From Candidatus Bathyarchaeota archaeon (lineage in GTDB: Archaea; Thermoproteota; Bathyarchaeia; Bathyarchaeales; Bathycorpusculaceae), in the NCBI GenBank assembly GCA_963826715.1, contig CAWGYA010000008.1, forward strand, positions 192,001 through 256,000: a stretch of DNA of 64,000 bases, written 5' to 3'. Below, one piece after another: positions 18,746 to 28,002 of this stretch. Every line of letters begins with the position of its first letter. Position 1 is the stretch's first letter. The notes below the pieces were generated by a model, which worked only from the letters and a program-made list of their open reading frames with translations, searched no databases and was not told the origin of the DNA. Made by a program: the position numbers and the translations under genes.

Positions 18746-19780
18746 TTGACGTCAGGTTTAAGAAAAGCGTTGTCCATCGCGGGACGTTCTTTGGCTCCAG
18801 GCAAGCCCCATCATGCACAATGGTTAGTTACAAGAAAATGTAACTATCGATGTGTAGGCTGCAACGTTTGGAAAGAGCAGGATCAAAATGAACTGTCTAC
18901 TGAAGAAATAAAAAAAGGGTTAGACATACTAAAAAAAGTAGGCATATTTGAGTTGGTTCTCTCAGGTGGCGACCCCTTATTACGACCTGATATTGGCGAA
19001 ATCATTGATTATGCTTCAGAACGTTTTGTTACTACTGTTTATGATAATGGCAGCATGGCAGCTAAAAAAATGGAGGCACTGCGCAAAGTAGATTTCGTCG
19101 CAATATCGATTGATAGTTTAGATGAATCAAAAAATGATTACATTAAAGCGGTCCCAGGCGCATGGAAAAATGCAATGGCTGCAGTCGAAAAACTCCAAAA
19201 AGAAAATATTCCCGTTAGCGTCACACCAACAATTTCCCAGAAAAACCTCTATGAAATTGTAGATATTACCAACTATTTTACTGCTAAGGGCATACCTGTC
19301 TGGTACTGCCTCTACTCCTTTGACACATCCGAAGACAGCAACCAACTCTTTAGGATAGGCAAAGCAAATGACGAATTCATGATAACCGACAAAAAAGCAA
19401 TGGTGAACCTTTGTAACCAACTTATCAACATGTCAAAAAAGAACAAAAAAATTCTCATGACCACTAAGTTGCTCGAAACCCTTCGAAGTCTCTACGATGA
19501 AGAACAGCGAACATGGAAATGCGAGGCACTCAAAAACTTTTTAGTCGTCGATCACCTCGGCAGAATAGCAGCTTGTCACAGCACCAATTTTTTGGGCACC
19601 GTGTTTGATTTACCCCAGAAATGGAAAACTGAAGAATTCAAAGCTCTTCGCAAAACCTATCATGACTGCACAAAATGCAACTACCTCTGTTATGTATTCT
19701 ACTCAATGTATGGAAGCCCCCACGGTCACCTCTCTTTAGCGAGAGAACAATGGAAAAACGCAAGATTACTCTTCAAATAA
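18746..19780 (+). CDS. Radical SAM protein with SPASM/Twitch-like C-terminus
   Basis: CNYRCVGC, SGGDP, ISIDS; C-terminal C..A...G.I..C...CTKC...C. Confidence 0.92.
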   Translation: MTSGLRKALSIAGRSLAPGKPHHAQWLVTRKCNYRCVGCNVWKEQDQNELSTEEIKKGLDILKKVGIFELVLSGGDPLLRPDIGEIIDYASERFVTTVYDNGSMAAKKMEALRKVDFVAISIDSLDESKNDYIKAVPGAWKNAMAAVEKLQKENIPVSVTPTISQKNLYEIVDITNYFTAKGIPVWYCLYSFDTSEDSNQLFRIGKANDEFMITDKKAMVNLCNQLINMSKKNKKILMTTKLLETLRSLYDEEQRTWKCEALKNFLVVDHLGRIAACHSTNFLGTVFDLPQKWKTEEFKALRKTYHDCTKCNYLCYVFYSMYGSPHGHLSLAREQWKNARLLFK

Positions 19781-19781
19781 C

Positions 19782-20027
19782 TTAATTCTCCAAGCTCGAA
19801 ATCGCAGGCAGGAAAACAAAGAAAAATTTTGCAAACTGTTCATTAAATGGAAGATCCTCCTCCATGTTAGCTATCCCCGATAGGCAAGTCAAAGCTATGT
19901 TTCCATTTATCATCCGGGGTCCAGCATCTCGTGAAAGAATTAGCTCCACCAATGCCGGTAGAAACGTTATAGACATCGTAAAGACCACCGTTCCAAGCAA
20001 AGTGATTATCAACACATCTAAAGCCAT
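19782..20027 (-). CDS. Small single-TM hypothetical protein
   Basis: N-terminal hydrophobic helix followed by LPALVEL...RDAGP; co-oriented just downstream of the GT2 gene. Confidence 0.6.
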   Translation of the reverse strand: MALDVLIITLLGTVVFTMSITFLPALVELILSRDAGPRMINGNIALTCLSGIANMEEDLPFNEQFAKFFFVFLPAISSLEN

Positions 20028-20055
20028 AATTTTTTACCCCCAAACATTGTTATTT

Positions 20056-21345
20056 TTAACATAGTTTCTCTCCGTTACCAGAATGCATAGTTTTAGTCCA
20101 GCTGTGATGTTTTCGACCAGTCACTTTTGCAGCTACAAGATCAAGAAAAGCTAACATACAAAGGGGCATATTATAAAGGAAGGTTACTATGGATAGAGGA
20201 ACTAGCCAATGCGAGTGTTTTCGTCCATCCAAATATAAACCTACACCTACTTCAAAGAAGGGTGCAAAGTTACCCACGAAACTATAAGAGGAAAGGGGAA
20301 GAATTATCAAAAAAGCAAACAGAAAATAATTATTAAAAGTTAAATTGCCATTAGAACAAATCAACACTAAGCCCACAAAGAAAGAGATGAAAACTATCAG
20401 GGGCATAAAATATATGTTGAGCAAAAGCAACCCATCTATTTTCTGTTTTATATTCATCTTATTAGTGGTGAGTACACTCCAGAAATGCTTAAAAAAACAT
20501 TGCATATGCCCCTTTGCCCAGCGGCTGCGCTGCCTCCAATATGCACCCCAGTTGTTAACAGCTTCCTCATAACATTCGGCATCAACGCAATATTTTACTG
20601 CGTATCCAGCGAGGTAAATCCGAAATGTAATGTCGGTGTCCTCAGCTAAAACCGATTCGTCCCATCCCCCCAAACTCATTAGTAAGTTATGCCGAAAACC
20701 GCCCACTGTACCGCCAAACTGAGCAATCAACCCCAAAATATTCCGGGCTTCTTGGTCTACACGATATCCACCGATGCGCTCCAAAGCCACCAAACGCGTA
20801 ACAGTGTTTTCAGGTTCATTTAAAACCACAACTCTACCTTGAACTGCACCAACCTTCGTATCTACAAACGGACTATTTAGACGCTCCACAATGTCTACCT
20901 GAGGATAATAATCAGCATCAAAACAAAGAATGATCTCGCCTACAGCTCGAGTTACCCCGTCATTCATAGCAGCAGCTTTTCCTTTTCCACTTTTTTCCCC
21001 ACTTCGATGAACCACCTCTATGAAAGGGTAAACCATTGAATATTCATCAGCGATTTTTCCCGTACTATCCGTAGAAGCGTCATCTATTACAATTACCTGC
21101 AGTTTACTTTTTGGATACGTAGCCTCGACTAGGCGGTTTAGTAGTCTCCCAATGACTTTTTCTTCATTTTTAGCTGGAACAAGAATGGAAACAACAGGTT
21201 CAAAGGCTTCAGACGAAACTTGGGTAATTTTGGGGTGGTTAGCCACTTTTAGAACTGCAAGAGTAAAAAAGTAATGACGAACAAGATAAACAATCATAAG
21301 AGAAGTTAAAAGATAAAATAAGACTTCTAAAGTCTCAAAAATCAT
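20056..21345 (-). CDS. Processive GT2 (cellulose/PNAG-synthase-like)
   Basis: D,D,D,QxxRW signature: IDDAS, FDAD, LAEDTD, QRSRW; N- and C-terminal TM helices. Confidence 0.9.
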   Translation of the reverse strand: MIFETLEVLFYLLTSLMIVYLVRHYFFTLAVLKVANHPKITQVSSEAFEPVVSILVPAKNEEKVIGRLLNRLVEATYPKSKLQVIVIDDASTDSTGKIADEYSMVYPFIEVVHRSGEKSGKGKAAAMNDGVTRAVGEIILCFDADYYPQVDIVERLNSPFVDTKVGAVQGRVVVLNEPENTVTRLVALERIGGYRVDQEARNILGLIAQFGGTVGGFRHNLLMSLGGWDESVLAEDTDITFRIYLAGYAVKYCVDAECYEEAVNNWGAYWRQRSRWAKGHMQCFFKHFWSVLTTNKMNIKQKIDGLLLLNIYFMPLIVFISFFVGLVLICSNGNLTFNNYFLFAFLIILPLSSYSFVGNFAPFFEVGVGLYLDGRKHSHWLVPLSIVTFLYNMPLCMLAFLDLVAAKVTGRKHHSWTKTMHSGNGEKLC

Positions 21346-21728
21346 TGGGAACCACCTTTCGAGCGAAAACGGAGAAAAGTTAGGCTAAACGACCAAAAAG
21401 AGATAAACCAAAGAGAATTAAGAAATGGGTAGCTTATCGTGTAAATTATTTTGATATTAGTTATGGAAATTATCGAAGAGTCAGTAGCAGATACTATGAG
21501 GGCATGAAAACTGTAGTTCCAAACGGTACCTATCACATTGCCAGCGGTCAACATCGCCAGTTTGAGCAATAAACTACCCTTCAGTTGTAACATAAGTGAT
21601 ATGAATAACACATTGAAGATCAAAAGGACAGCTGTAGATTGGAAATCTACTCGAAAAGCAGTTAAGAGCACTGAAAATACGGCTATTTCTATAAGAAGAA
21701 TTACCAATAGCGATCTTATCAATTCCAC
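21342..21728 (-). CDS. 4-TM hypothetical membrane protein
   Basis: Hydrophobic ORF whose stop overlaps the GT2 start (ATGA coupling). Confidence 0.7.
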   Translation of the reverse strand: MELIRSLLVILLIEIAVFSVLLTAFRVDFQSTAVLLIFNVLFISLMLQLKGSLLLKLAMLTAGNVIGTVWNYSFHALIVSATDSSIISITNIKIIYTISYPFLNSLWFISFWSFSLTFLRFRSKGGSQ

Positions 21729-21819
21729 GTCTCTTATTGTCCCCCAATACTGAAATCGATATAAATTCTATTGTATGATAGTGTTTTTAAAGAAAAGGTA
21801 ATAATATTATAGAAGAATA

Positions 21820-22437
21820 TTACTCAGATTTTGAAAAGGAAAAAACCACGTTATCAATTACTCGACAGAGAACCTCAAAGACTTCAGCAGCGTTCAATTG
21901 GTTAGTATCTAGAATAAAGTCAAATGGCGATAAATCTTCACCTAAAACAAAACCGTAAAGCGTTTTGTAGATGGATTTTGTATTTTCCTCCTTTTCAGCC
22001 AGCATTTTTCGAGCTTGCTCAAGGGTCATATGATCTCTTAAACTAACTCGGACGGATCGATTCTCGAAAGATGCTTCAAGCCAAATCTTAAAACAGTTAC
22101 CTTTGTAAAGCCAAGGCATAGTCCAGCTGTCCAGAAGCACATTGCCTTCTGCCGCATAATCCAGAAGTTTTTCATCAACGGCTTTATCGAATTTTGGATC
22201 ACTGACGCGTTCTTTTAGAAACTTTAAGCCCTCAGGGTTTTCCCACCAGCCCTCGATAGTAACGTCATAGCCTTCCTCTTTGGCGAGAACTTTGAGGGCA
22301 TCACCACCAGAAAAGTAGCGGAGTCCATATTTTTCCGCGAGTTTCTTCGCTAGAGTGCTTTTGCCTGTGCCCGCCATACCTGATATACAGATGACCGTAT
22401 TATGGGTGAGTTGGCAGGGGTAGTTAGTTGGGGACAT
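21820..22437 (-). CDS. cmk: Cytidylate kinase (archaeal type)
   Basis: ICISGMAGTGKST P-loop; conserved position after DUF106; the longer 5' extension in the ORF track is spurious. Confidence 0.88.
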   Translation of the reverse strand: MSPTNYPCQLTHNTVICISGMAGTGKSTLAKKLAEKYGLRYFSGGDALKVLAKEEGYDVTIEGWWENPEGLKFLKERVSDPKFDKAVDEKLLDYAAEGNVLLDSWTMPWLYKGNCFKIWLEASFENRSVRVSLRDHMTLEQARKMLAEKEENTKSIYKTLYGFVLGEDLSPFDFILDTNQLNAAEVFEVLCRVIDNVVFSFSKSE

Positions 22438-22460
22438 GGCAAGGTCACTGGAATTTTTGA

Positions 22461-22967
22461 TTAGTGTTCTATTGGCATGATACCGATTATGCGTTGGGAA
22501 AGGAGCCCGAAGAATAAGGAGCAGATAGGATACCAGTAAATTACTGGAATAGCACCAGAAACGGCTGCTCCATCGACCACAGCATTTGCTATTGTACCAA
22601 TCCCAGGTATATAGGCCATTGGAGTGTAGCCGAAGACGGGTATGAGCACTAGAAACCAAACGATAAGGTAGACAAAAGATATTCCGATTTGGAGCATCTG
22701 TGGCTTAAACATTTTAGTTTGCATGTTGTTGATTTGAGATTGTCTCTTTTTCAGCTTCTCAAGCTGTTTCTTGTCGTTAGCGCGCGCTGCAGCCATTTGT
22801 TCAGAGCGAAACTCGGCCATTTCCTTTTGCATGACCCGATATTGTTCCCAGCCAATGAAGTAGTTTATTAAAACTCGGTTAACACTAGAGTTAAGAAAGG
22901 CAATACCAGCAGCAATACCCATAATTACTAGAGTTCCTATGGGCAATGAAGTGATTACTTCAGACAT
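22461..22967 (-). CDS. DUF106 / EMC3-TMCO1 (Oxa1 superfamily) membrane insertase
   Basis: TM-coiled coil-TM-TM layout, QTKMFKPQM, IYWY; downstream of secY. Confidence 0.88.
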   Translation of the reverse strand: MSEVITSLPIGTLVIMGIAAGIAFLNSSVNRVLINYFIGWEQYRVMQKEMAEFRSEQMAAARANDKKQLEKLKKRQSQINNMQTKMFKPQMLQIGISFVYLIVWFLVLIPVFGYTPMAYIPGIGTIANAVVDGAAVSGAIPVIYWYPICSLFFGLLSQRIIGIMPIEH

Positions 22968-23097
22968 CAGTTTTTCCTCTATCCACTCTTCAGCTTAGCC
23001 TACTTGTTCGTTGTTAATAACTATTTTTGCTTTTCCCGCGCTCAAATAATGCAGATACAGATAATTCACAATTACGTTGAATAAATGAAGTGTTGCG

Positions 23098-23643
23098 TTA
23101 GACCGTTTGGAGTGCAGACTTCGCAAGCTCGCGTGCCCAAGCCTCAATTGTTGACCAATCGCGAGTATCATGGATACGGGTAGTATCCAAACCGTTCTTT
23201 CGCAGGCTTTTCCTGTTAACTCTAACCATGATATCAACGATTAAACCGTGACTATGACTAAAATCTAAGTAACCGCCGAAGAACCCCAATGCCAAAGGTT
23301 TAAAGCCAAATTGATCTGCGGTTTTTTGCAGATAAAGACTTTTCGCAATATCTCTCTTTTCATCTTTACGGTCTGCCATCTGGCAACTAACAAACAAGGC
23401 AATTTTTTTCGTTCGAAGCACCTGCATGTTCTTCTCCAAAAAGATCAACGAATCTTTAGTCCATTTGTCAGCACGCAATCCACTTCCAACTACAATCAAG
23501 TCGTAAGCATTTACGTCTTGGGCAAATTGTTTAGCATCAATGATATTGGCTGGTATACCCTCCGCGGTTATAGCAACCCCAATTTTCTCTGCCACTTTGA
23601 TGGTGCCACCCCACCTTGTGCCATAAACAACTAGTGCCCTCAT
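23098..23643 (-). CDS. Flavodoxin-domain protein (HemG-like)
   Basis: YGTRWGGT FMN loop, YDLIVVGS, DTRDW..IEAWA. Confidence 0.85.
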   Translation of the reverse strand: MRALVVYGTRWGGTIKVAEKIGVAITAEGIPANIIDAKQFAQDVNAYDLIVVGSGLRADKWTKDSLIFLEKNMQVLRTKKIALFVSCQMADRKDEKRDIAKSLYLQKTADQFGFKPLALGFFGGYLDFSHSHGLIVDIMVRVNRKSLRKNGLDTTRIHDTRDWSTIEAWARELAKSALQTV

Positions 23644-24020
23644 TTGTTTCCCAACAATTCATATGAATTGGTTACAGTGCAGTTTGAAGTATCTAATTAA
23701 TTATTTTATGAAGCTGGAAGAAAAGTTATGAATAAATAAAAAAATGAAAGATGGAAAATGGGGGTTAGATTTACTTCCTTCGCACGAATATAATTGATTC
23801 AAACGAAATCGCAATTACTATTTCTTGTTTTCAAAATGTTCATTTTGCTTGTTCTTCCAAGTTGGAAAAAAATAAACTGCTAACTGCTCAGCCCTTTCTA
23901 ATTATGTGTTTTTACAAGATTTAGGACAAAACATGCTTCAATAAACAGATCACAAAGCGGCAGTTACAAGGAAATACTATCTCAAACAAAGCTGATCCAA
24001 AATGGAGAATTCAAGCTCCT

Positions 24021-24060
24021 AAAAAGGGAGCAAAAAAAGGTGCCATCAAAAAAATGGGCC
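24021..24060 (-). terminator. Oligo-T terminator-like tracts after secY
   Basis: Three T5-T7 runs on the minus strand directly after the secY stop. Confidence 0.5.
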
Positions 24061-24073
24061 TCTACGGGGAATG

Positions 24074-25537
24074 TTACTCGCCTAGGATTCTTCTAAACGC
24101 GGGGAACATTTCGGCAGCGCGTTCACGCATCAACAGCTCATAGTATTGATAGATAATACCCACTGATAGTAAGATTCCTGTACCAGTTCCAAACGCACCG
24201 AAGAAATCAGAGAGCCCTGCCAATAGCCCAACGAATATTCCACCCAGTACGGTCACGACTGGAATATAGCGTTTAAGGATCGCTTCTATGGGGCGCTCTG
24301 AGCGTCGATATCCAGGGATCTGCATACCGCTGTCCATAAGCTGCTTGGCAACTTTGCTTGGACCTAATCCGCCAACTTCAAGCCAAATCAAGGAGAAAAC
24401 AGCACAGAATGCCACTATTATTCCAAGGTATGCAGAAGCACGTAACGGCTCAGCAATAACGTTTTGTATACTGTGAGGTGCAGTGACGAAGTATGCTAAT
24501 CCGCCAATTGGGACAACGTTGGTGCTTATAGCGCCAGAAGCAGAGGTAGAACTAGTTACGTTGAAGTCACCGATTATCTGGAAGAACAGGTTTGTACCTG
24601 GAGCTGGTTGACCCAGTTGACTCCAGAGTAGTTGACCAAAGAAGTAAACGTTAGCGAAAAGTGCAGAGGCAAAAATCACAGGCAAGTTACTAACATAGAG
24701 AAGTTTAATTGGGTAACGACTACGGAAACCTTTGTAGCCAGCATAGCTCATAGGAAGTTCAACACGAACACCCTGCAGGTAAATAACCACTAGAAACACA
24801 ACAATGGTAGCGATTAAACCCATCAGAGACGGATATACACCTGCGTTGGACCCGAATGCCCACTCTAATCCGGTTTGCTGCCCACCTAGGAAGCTTGATA
24901 GCGATCCAACAAATAATCCTGTGGGCGGTGAGAACATGGACCAGAAGATGTTCTGTGCTACACCTGCCATGATGAAAAGACTGATACCGCTACCTAGACC
25001 CCAGCCTTTCTGAACAAGTTCGTCCATTAACATAACCACGACACCTGTGGATATCAACTGCAGAAAAATTATTAATACGGTACCGCCTGGAATACCACCT
25101 GCGGCAGGATCCCCAAACGGTGTACCATACATTCCACTGAGTATGTATGCGCCACCTTGAACTGCAGTCAGGACTATGGTGAACACTTTACTTGCGGATG
25201 TAAAGAGACCTCTGTCTTCAGGATTAGACATATCACATTTAATGATGTTTGAACCAGCTAATAGTTGAAGAATTAACCCAGCTGTCACAATGGGACCAAT
25301 ACCAAGTTCCATCAGTGTACCTTGGTTAGAAGCAAAAATAACTCGTAGCTGACCGAATCTGTCGGATGCACTTGAGCTGACCCCAAAAAGTGGAATTTCG
25401 GTCATTACAAGAAATACAATTAAAACAAGGGCGGTCCAGAAGATTTTTTCGTTAAAACTGACTTTCCTTTCAGGTTTCTTAATTTCAGGCAAAACTCGAC
25501 CTATAGGCTTGAATAGGCTGAGGAATCTTCCGGCCAT
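24074..25537 (-). CDS. secY: Preprotein translocase SecY/Sec61 alpha
   Basis: TLMELGIGPIVT, GWGLGSGISLFI, YPIKLLYVSNLP, GTGILL. Confidence 0.99.
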   Translation of the reverse strand: MAGRFLSLFKPIGRVLPEIKKPERKVSFNEKIFWTALVLIVFLVMTEIPLFGVSSSASDRFGQLRVIFASNQGTLMELGIGPIVTAGLILQLLAGSNIIKCDMSNPEDRGLFTSASKVFTIVLTAVQGGAYILSGMYGTPFGDPAAGGIPGGTVLIIFLQLISTGVVVMLMDELVQKGWGLGSGISLFIMAGVAQNIFWSMFSPPTGLFVGSLSSFLGGQQTGLEWAFGSNAGVYPSLMGLIATIVVFLVVIYLQGVRVELPMSYAGYKGFRSRYPIKLLYVSNLPVIFASALFANVYFFGQLLWSQLGQPAPGTNLFFQIIGDFNVTSSTSASGAISTNVVPIGGLAYFVTAPHSIQNVIAEPLRASAYLGIIVAFCAVFSLIWLEVGGLGPSKVAKQLMDSGMQIPGYRRSERPIEAILKRYIPVVTVLGGIFVGLLAGLSDFFGAFGTGTGILLSVGIIYQYYELLMRERAAEMFPAFRRILGE

Positions 25538-25546
25538 TTATCAGCT

Positions 25547-25963
25547 TTACTCCTCGGTAGCTTCTGCTTCTGGGAGAATAATTTTTCCGCCTGCTTCCAG
25601 GATTTTTGCGACTGCAGATTTTGAGGCTGCTAAAACTTGAACGGTTAAAGCGCGGGTAAGTTTTCCCGTACCAAGAAGTTTGGTGTAGCCTAGTGCAGTT
25701 AGGTTTATTTCGGGACCTGTTGCAAGCTGGTCGAGTTTGTGAAGGTTTATCGTACTTTCAACTCGATTTTTACTTTGTGGGGAGGTAAATCCATGTTTTC
25801 CGAAATATCCAGGGTTAATGTTTTGAATTTTACTCCAGAGGTGTTTGTGGCGTCCGACTTTCCGGTTGCCTTTGCTGCCGCTGTCGCGGTGCTGTCCTAT
25901 TCTTCCGTAGCCTATAGTTCTAGTGCCACGGAATTTCCTGATTTTTCTTAGTTTATGGGGCAT
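25547..25963 (-). CDS. rpl15: 50S ribosomal protein L15
   Basis: RKFRGTRT.GYGRIGQHR, FGKHGF, KLLGTG. Confidence 0.97.
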   Translation of the reverse strand: MPHKLRKIRKFRGTRTIGYGRIGQHRDSGSKGNRKVGRHKHLWSKIQNINPGYFGKHGFTSPQSKNRVESTINLHKLDQLATGPEINLTALGYTKLLGTGKLTRALTVQVLAASKSAVAKILEAGGKIILPEAEATEE

Positions 25964-26387
25964 GATGGTCAGCTTTTCCTATTGCTGTTGGTTCAGCTTT
26001 TTTAAGTTTGATTTCAAGCACGCCATTTTTAAATTTGGTGTGTGTTTCGTCTGGTATGACTACCTTCGGTAAATTTAAACTTTTATAGTATCGGCGTTCT
26101 TTTGATTTGGCTGAAAGGGTAATTTTCTGATCTTTAACGTTTATTTTCAGAGAATCTTTACTGAAACCAGTGATTTCAGCAATTATAGTGATGTTCTTGC
26201 TGTCCTGAAAAATGTCGATTAATGGTTTAGGATCTTGGCTTTTGCGTTTTGCATAACTTCTGTGCGTGCGGAAGTTCGGTGGCGCCGGGGTATTTTTTTG
26301 GCTATTTTTCTGTTTTCTAGGTTTAGTTAACTCGCAAAGGTCTAGCCATTTACGGTTTTTATTGCTTCTTCGCCATTTTGCACTCAT
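25953..26387 (-). CDS. Hsp20/alpha-crystallin domain protein with basic N-terminus
   Basis: PLIDIF....ITIIAEITG, YYKSLNLP, FKNGVLEI. Confidence 0.85.
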   Translation of the reverse strand: MSAKWRRSNKNRKWLDLCELTKPRKQKNSQKNTPAPPNFRTHRSYAKRKSQDPKPLIDIFQDSKNITIIAEITGFSKDSLKINVKDQKITLSAKSKERRYYKSLNLPKVVIPDETHTKFKNGVLEIKLKKAEPTAIGKADHHAP

Positions 26388-26847
26388 TGTCTTTCCCCCT
26401 CCAGTTAACTAACGGATTTCTCCAGAGGTATTATAAAATGTATCGCACATAAAGGGTTAGAAAAACCTTGAAGCCGATGACACTATTATACAATGAAAGT
26501 GAGGGCTGCGAGGTGGATTCTTTGGTATTGTTACACCTTATTGAGGCATTAATCACAAAGTTAGCCGCGCTTTATAAGGTGTCTTAATCACAAAAAAATC
26601 TTTTTTAACTGCCAAGCCTGGATGGTTAGGTGTTTGCAGTATTTTCCTGATTTCAACAGATTTGAATCAAAATTTTACATGAATTCTAGAGTTAAATCAC
26701 GCAGGCTAAGCATTGATAGTTGAACGCCTTCCAAGGAAAGGAGCGATCAGAATGTTTCACTTACAAGAGCATAAAACTTTGCCATCATTACAAGAAGGTC
26801 AACAATACTTCTAACCTACAAAGATTCATTAAGAGAAAAATTAGCAG

Positions 26848-27153
26848 CTAAATTTCTGGCACATCATTAAAATTATCGCAAGGCTCAGGTTTCGCATCAG
26901 TGCGCAAGTACTCTTCTCCATTGACGGTAACAACCCGCACATCTTCGCCGCGCCTCCACTTACCAAGAGTTGTCCTAAAAACCGTAGCGTAGCTAAGACC
27001 ACCCTTTATTTTGGCGATGACTTCTGTCCGCGATTCTATGGAAGTTTCGCAAACCAGACAGCCAAAATCGCTATGGACTTCTACACAGTTGATTTGAGTA
27101 GAGCCTATAACAGATTTGACACCTGAAATCAGATAATCTGCCCACTTCTGCAT
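26848..27153 (-). CDS. DUF3892-like protein
   Basis: WADYLIS N-terminus and YLRTD...DNF..VPE C-terminus. Confidence 0.75.
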   Translation of the reverse strand: MQKWADYLISGVKSVIGSTQINCVEVHSDFGCLVCETSIESRTEVIAKIKGGLSYATVFRTTLGKWRRGEDVRVVTVNGEEYLRTDAKPEPCDNFNDVPEI

Positions 27154-27486
27154 TCAATCATCTTTTGCTCCAAAATTCATTGTGCTATTTAACACTTTTT
27201 GCTCGAAATATGGACAATATAAAATTCAACTTAATAACAGAGTGAACAGTCATACAACTTCTCTGAATGCTAATTCAAAAATGAATTAATTGTATGAAAA
27301 GATATCGATCAAATAGTCCAGGGCACGTTGCTGCAGAATATAAAGACTATTAAAATCCTATGGTGTTAAAGATGAAAGCAATGTTGTTAGATCTTCATTA
27401 TTCTTGAACCTACAGAGACCTTGCACAAACATTCAAAAATATAACTCAAGAAAAAATTCTAAGGAAAATACCTGTGGAAATAAATT

Positions 27487-27505
27487 GAAAGAGAAAAAAA
27501 TAACG
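27487..27505 (-). terminator. Oligo-T terminator-like tract after rpl30
   Basis: Minus strand GTTATTTTTTTCTCTTTC just after the stop. Confidence 0.5.
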
Positions 27506-27508
27506 CAA

Positions 27509-28000
27509 TTAAATCATGCGTTTAACAAGGTCGTTGATAGCTTCGCCGCGGTACCCTGCTTCGCCGCCTGCATTATATGATTTTTTGGTTAAGCCCTTAT
27601 AACCCTTTGATGGTGGGTGCAGCTTAAAGCGAGGTTCGATATCGGGCAGATTTTTGTATGCGATTTTGCAAGATAAAATGGCATCTGCAAGGTCATCAAT
27701 AGAGCCATAGCCTGTTTTTTGGAGGTATTCGGCTGTAAGTTTTTTATGACCGGCTAATCTGCCACGTTTCGTTAACATTGAGGCTATAGTGTCTTTGTTG
27801 ATTTCGCCCCATGTTACATAGTTGCTTGCACGTTGTAACATGCCCTTGTAAGCGGGTCTGCTGTCAATGAGGACAGCGTGGTTAGTGTGTGTTAGTCTCA
27901 GCAATTCGAGTGTTTCGCGGGTTTCCTTCATTGCGCTGACAGTTCCTCGAACTCGGACCACAGCAAAGCATTTGGATTCTTCAGTTTTCTGTTGTGACAT
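27509..28000 (-). CDS. rpl30: 50S ribosomal protein L30
   Basis: AVVRVRG, TLELLRL, FKLHPP..G, GYRGEAIN. Confidence 0.97.
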   Translation of the reverse strand: MSQQKTEESKCFAVVRVRGTVSAMKETRETLELLRLTHTNHAVLIDSRPAYKGMLQRASNYVTWGEINKDTIASMLTKRGRLAGHKKLTAEYLQKTGYGSIDDLADAILSCKIAYKNLPDIEPRFKLHPPSKGYKGLTKKSYNAGGEAGYRGEAINDLVKRMI

Positions 28001-28002
28001 AT

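Noticed and set aside
22438-22659. N-terminal extension of cmk in the ORF track
   Set aside because: It overlaps the DUF106 gene in another frame; kinase homology starts near 22437
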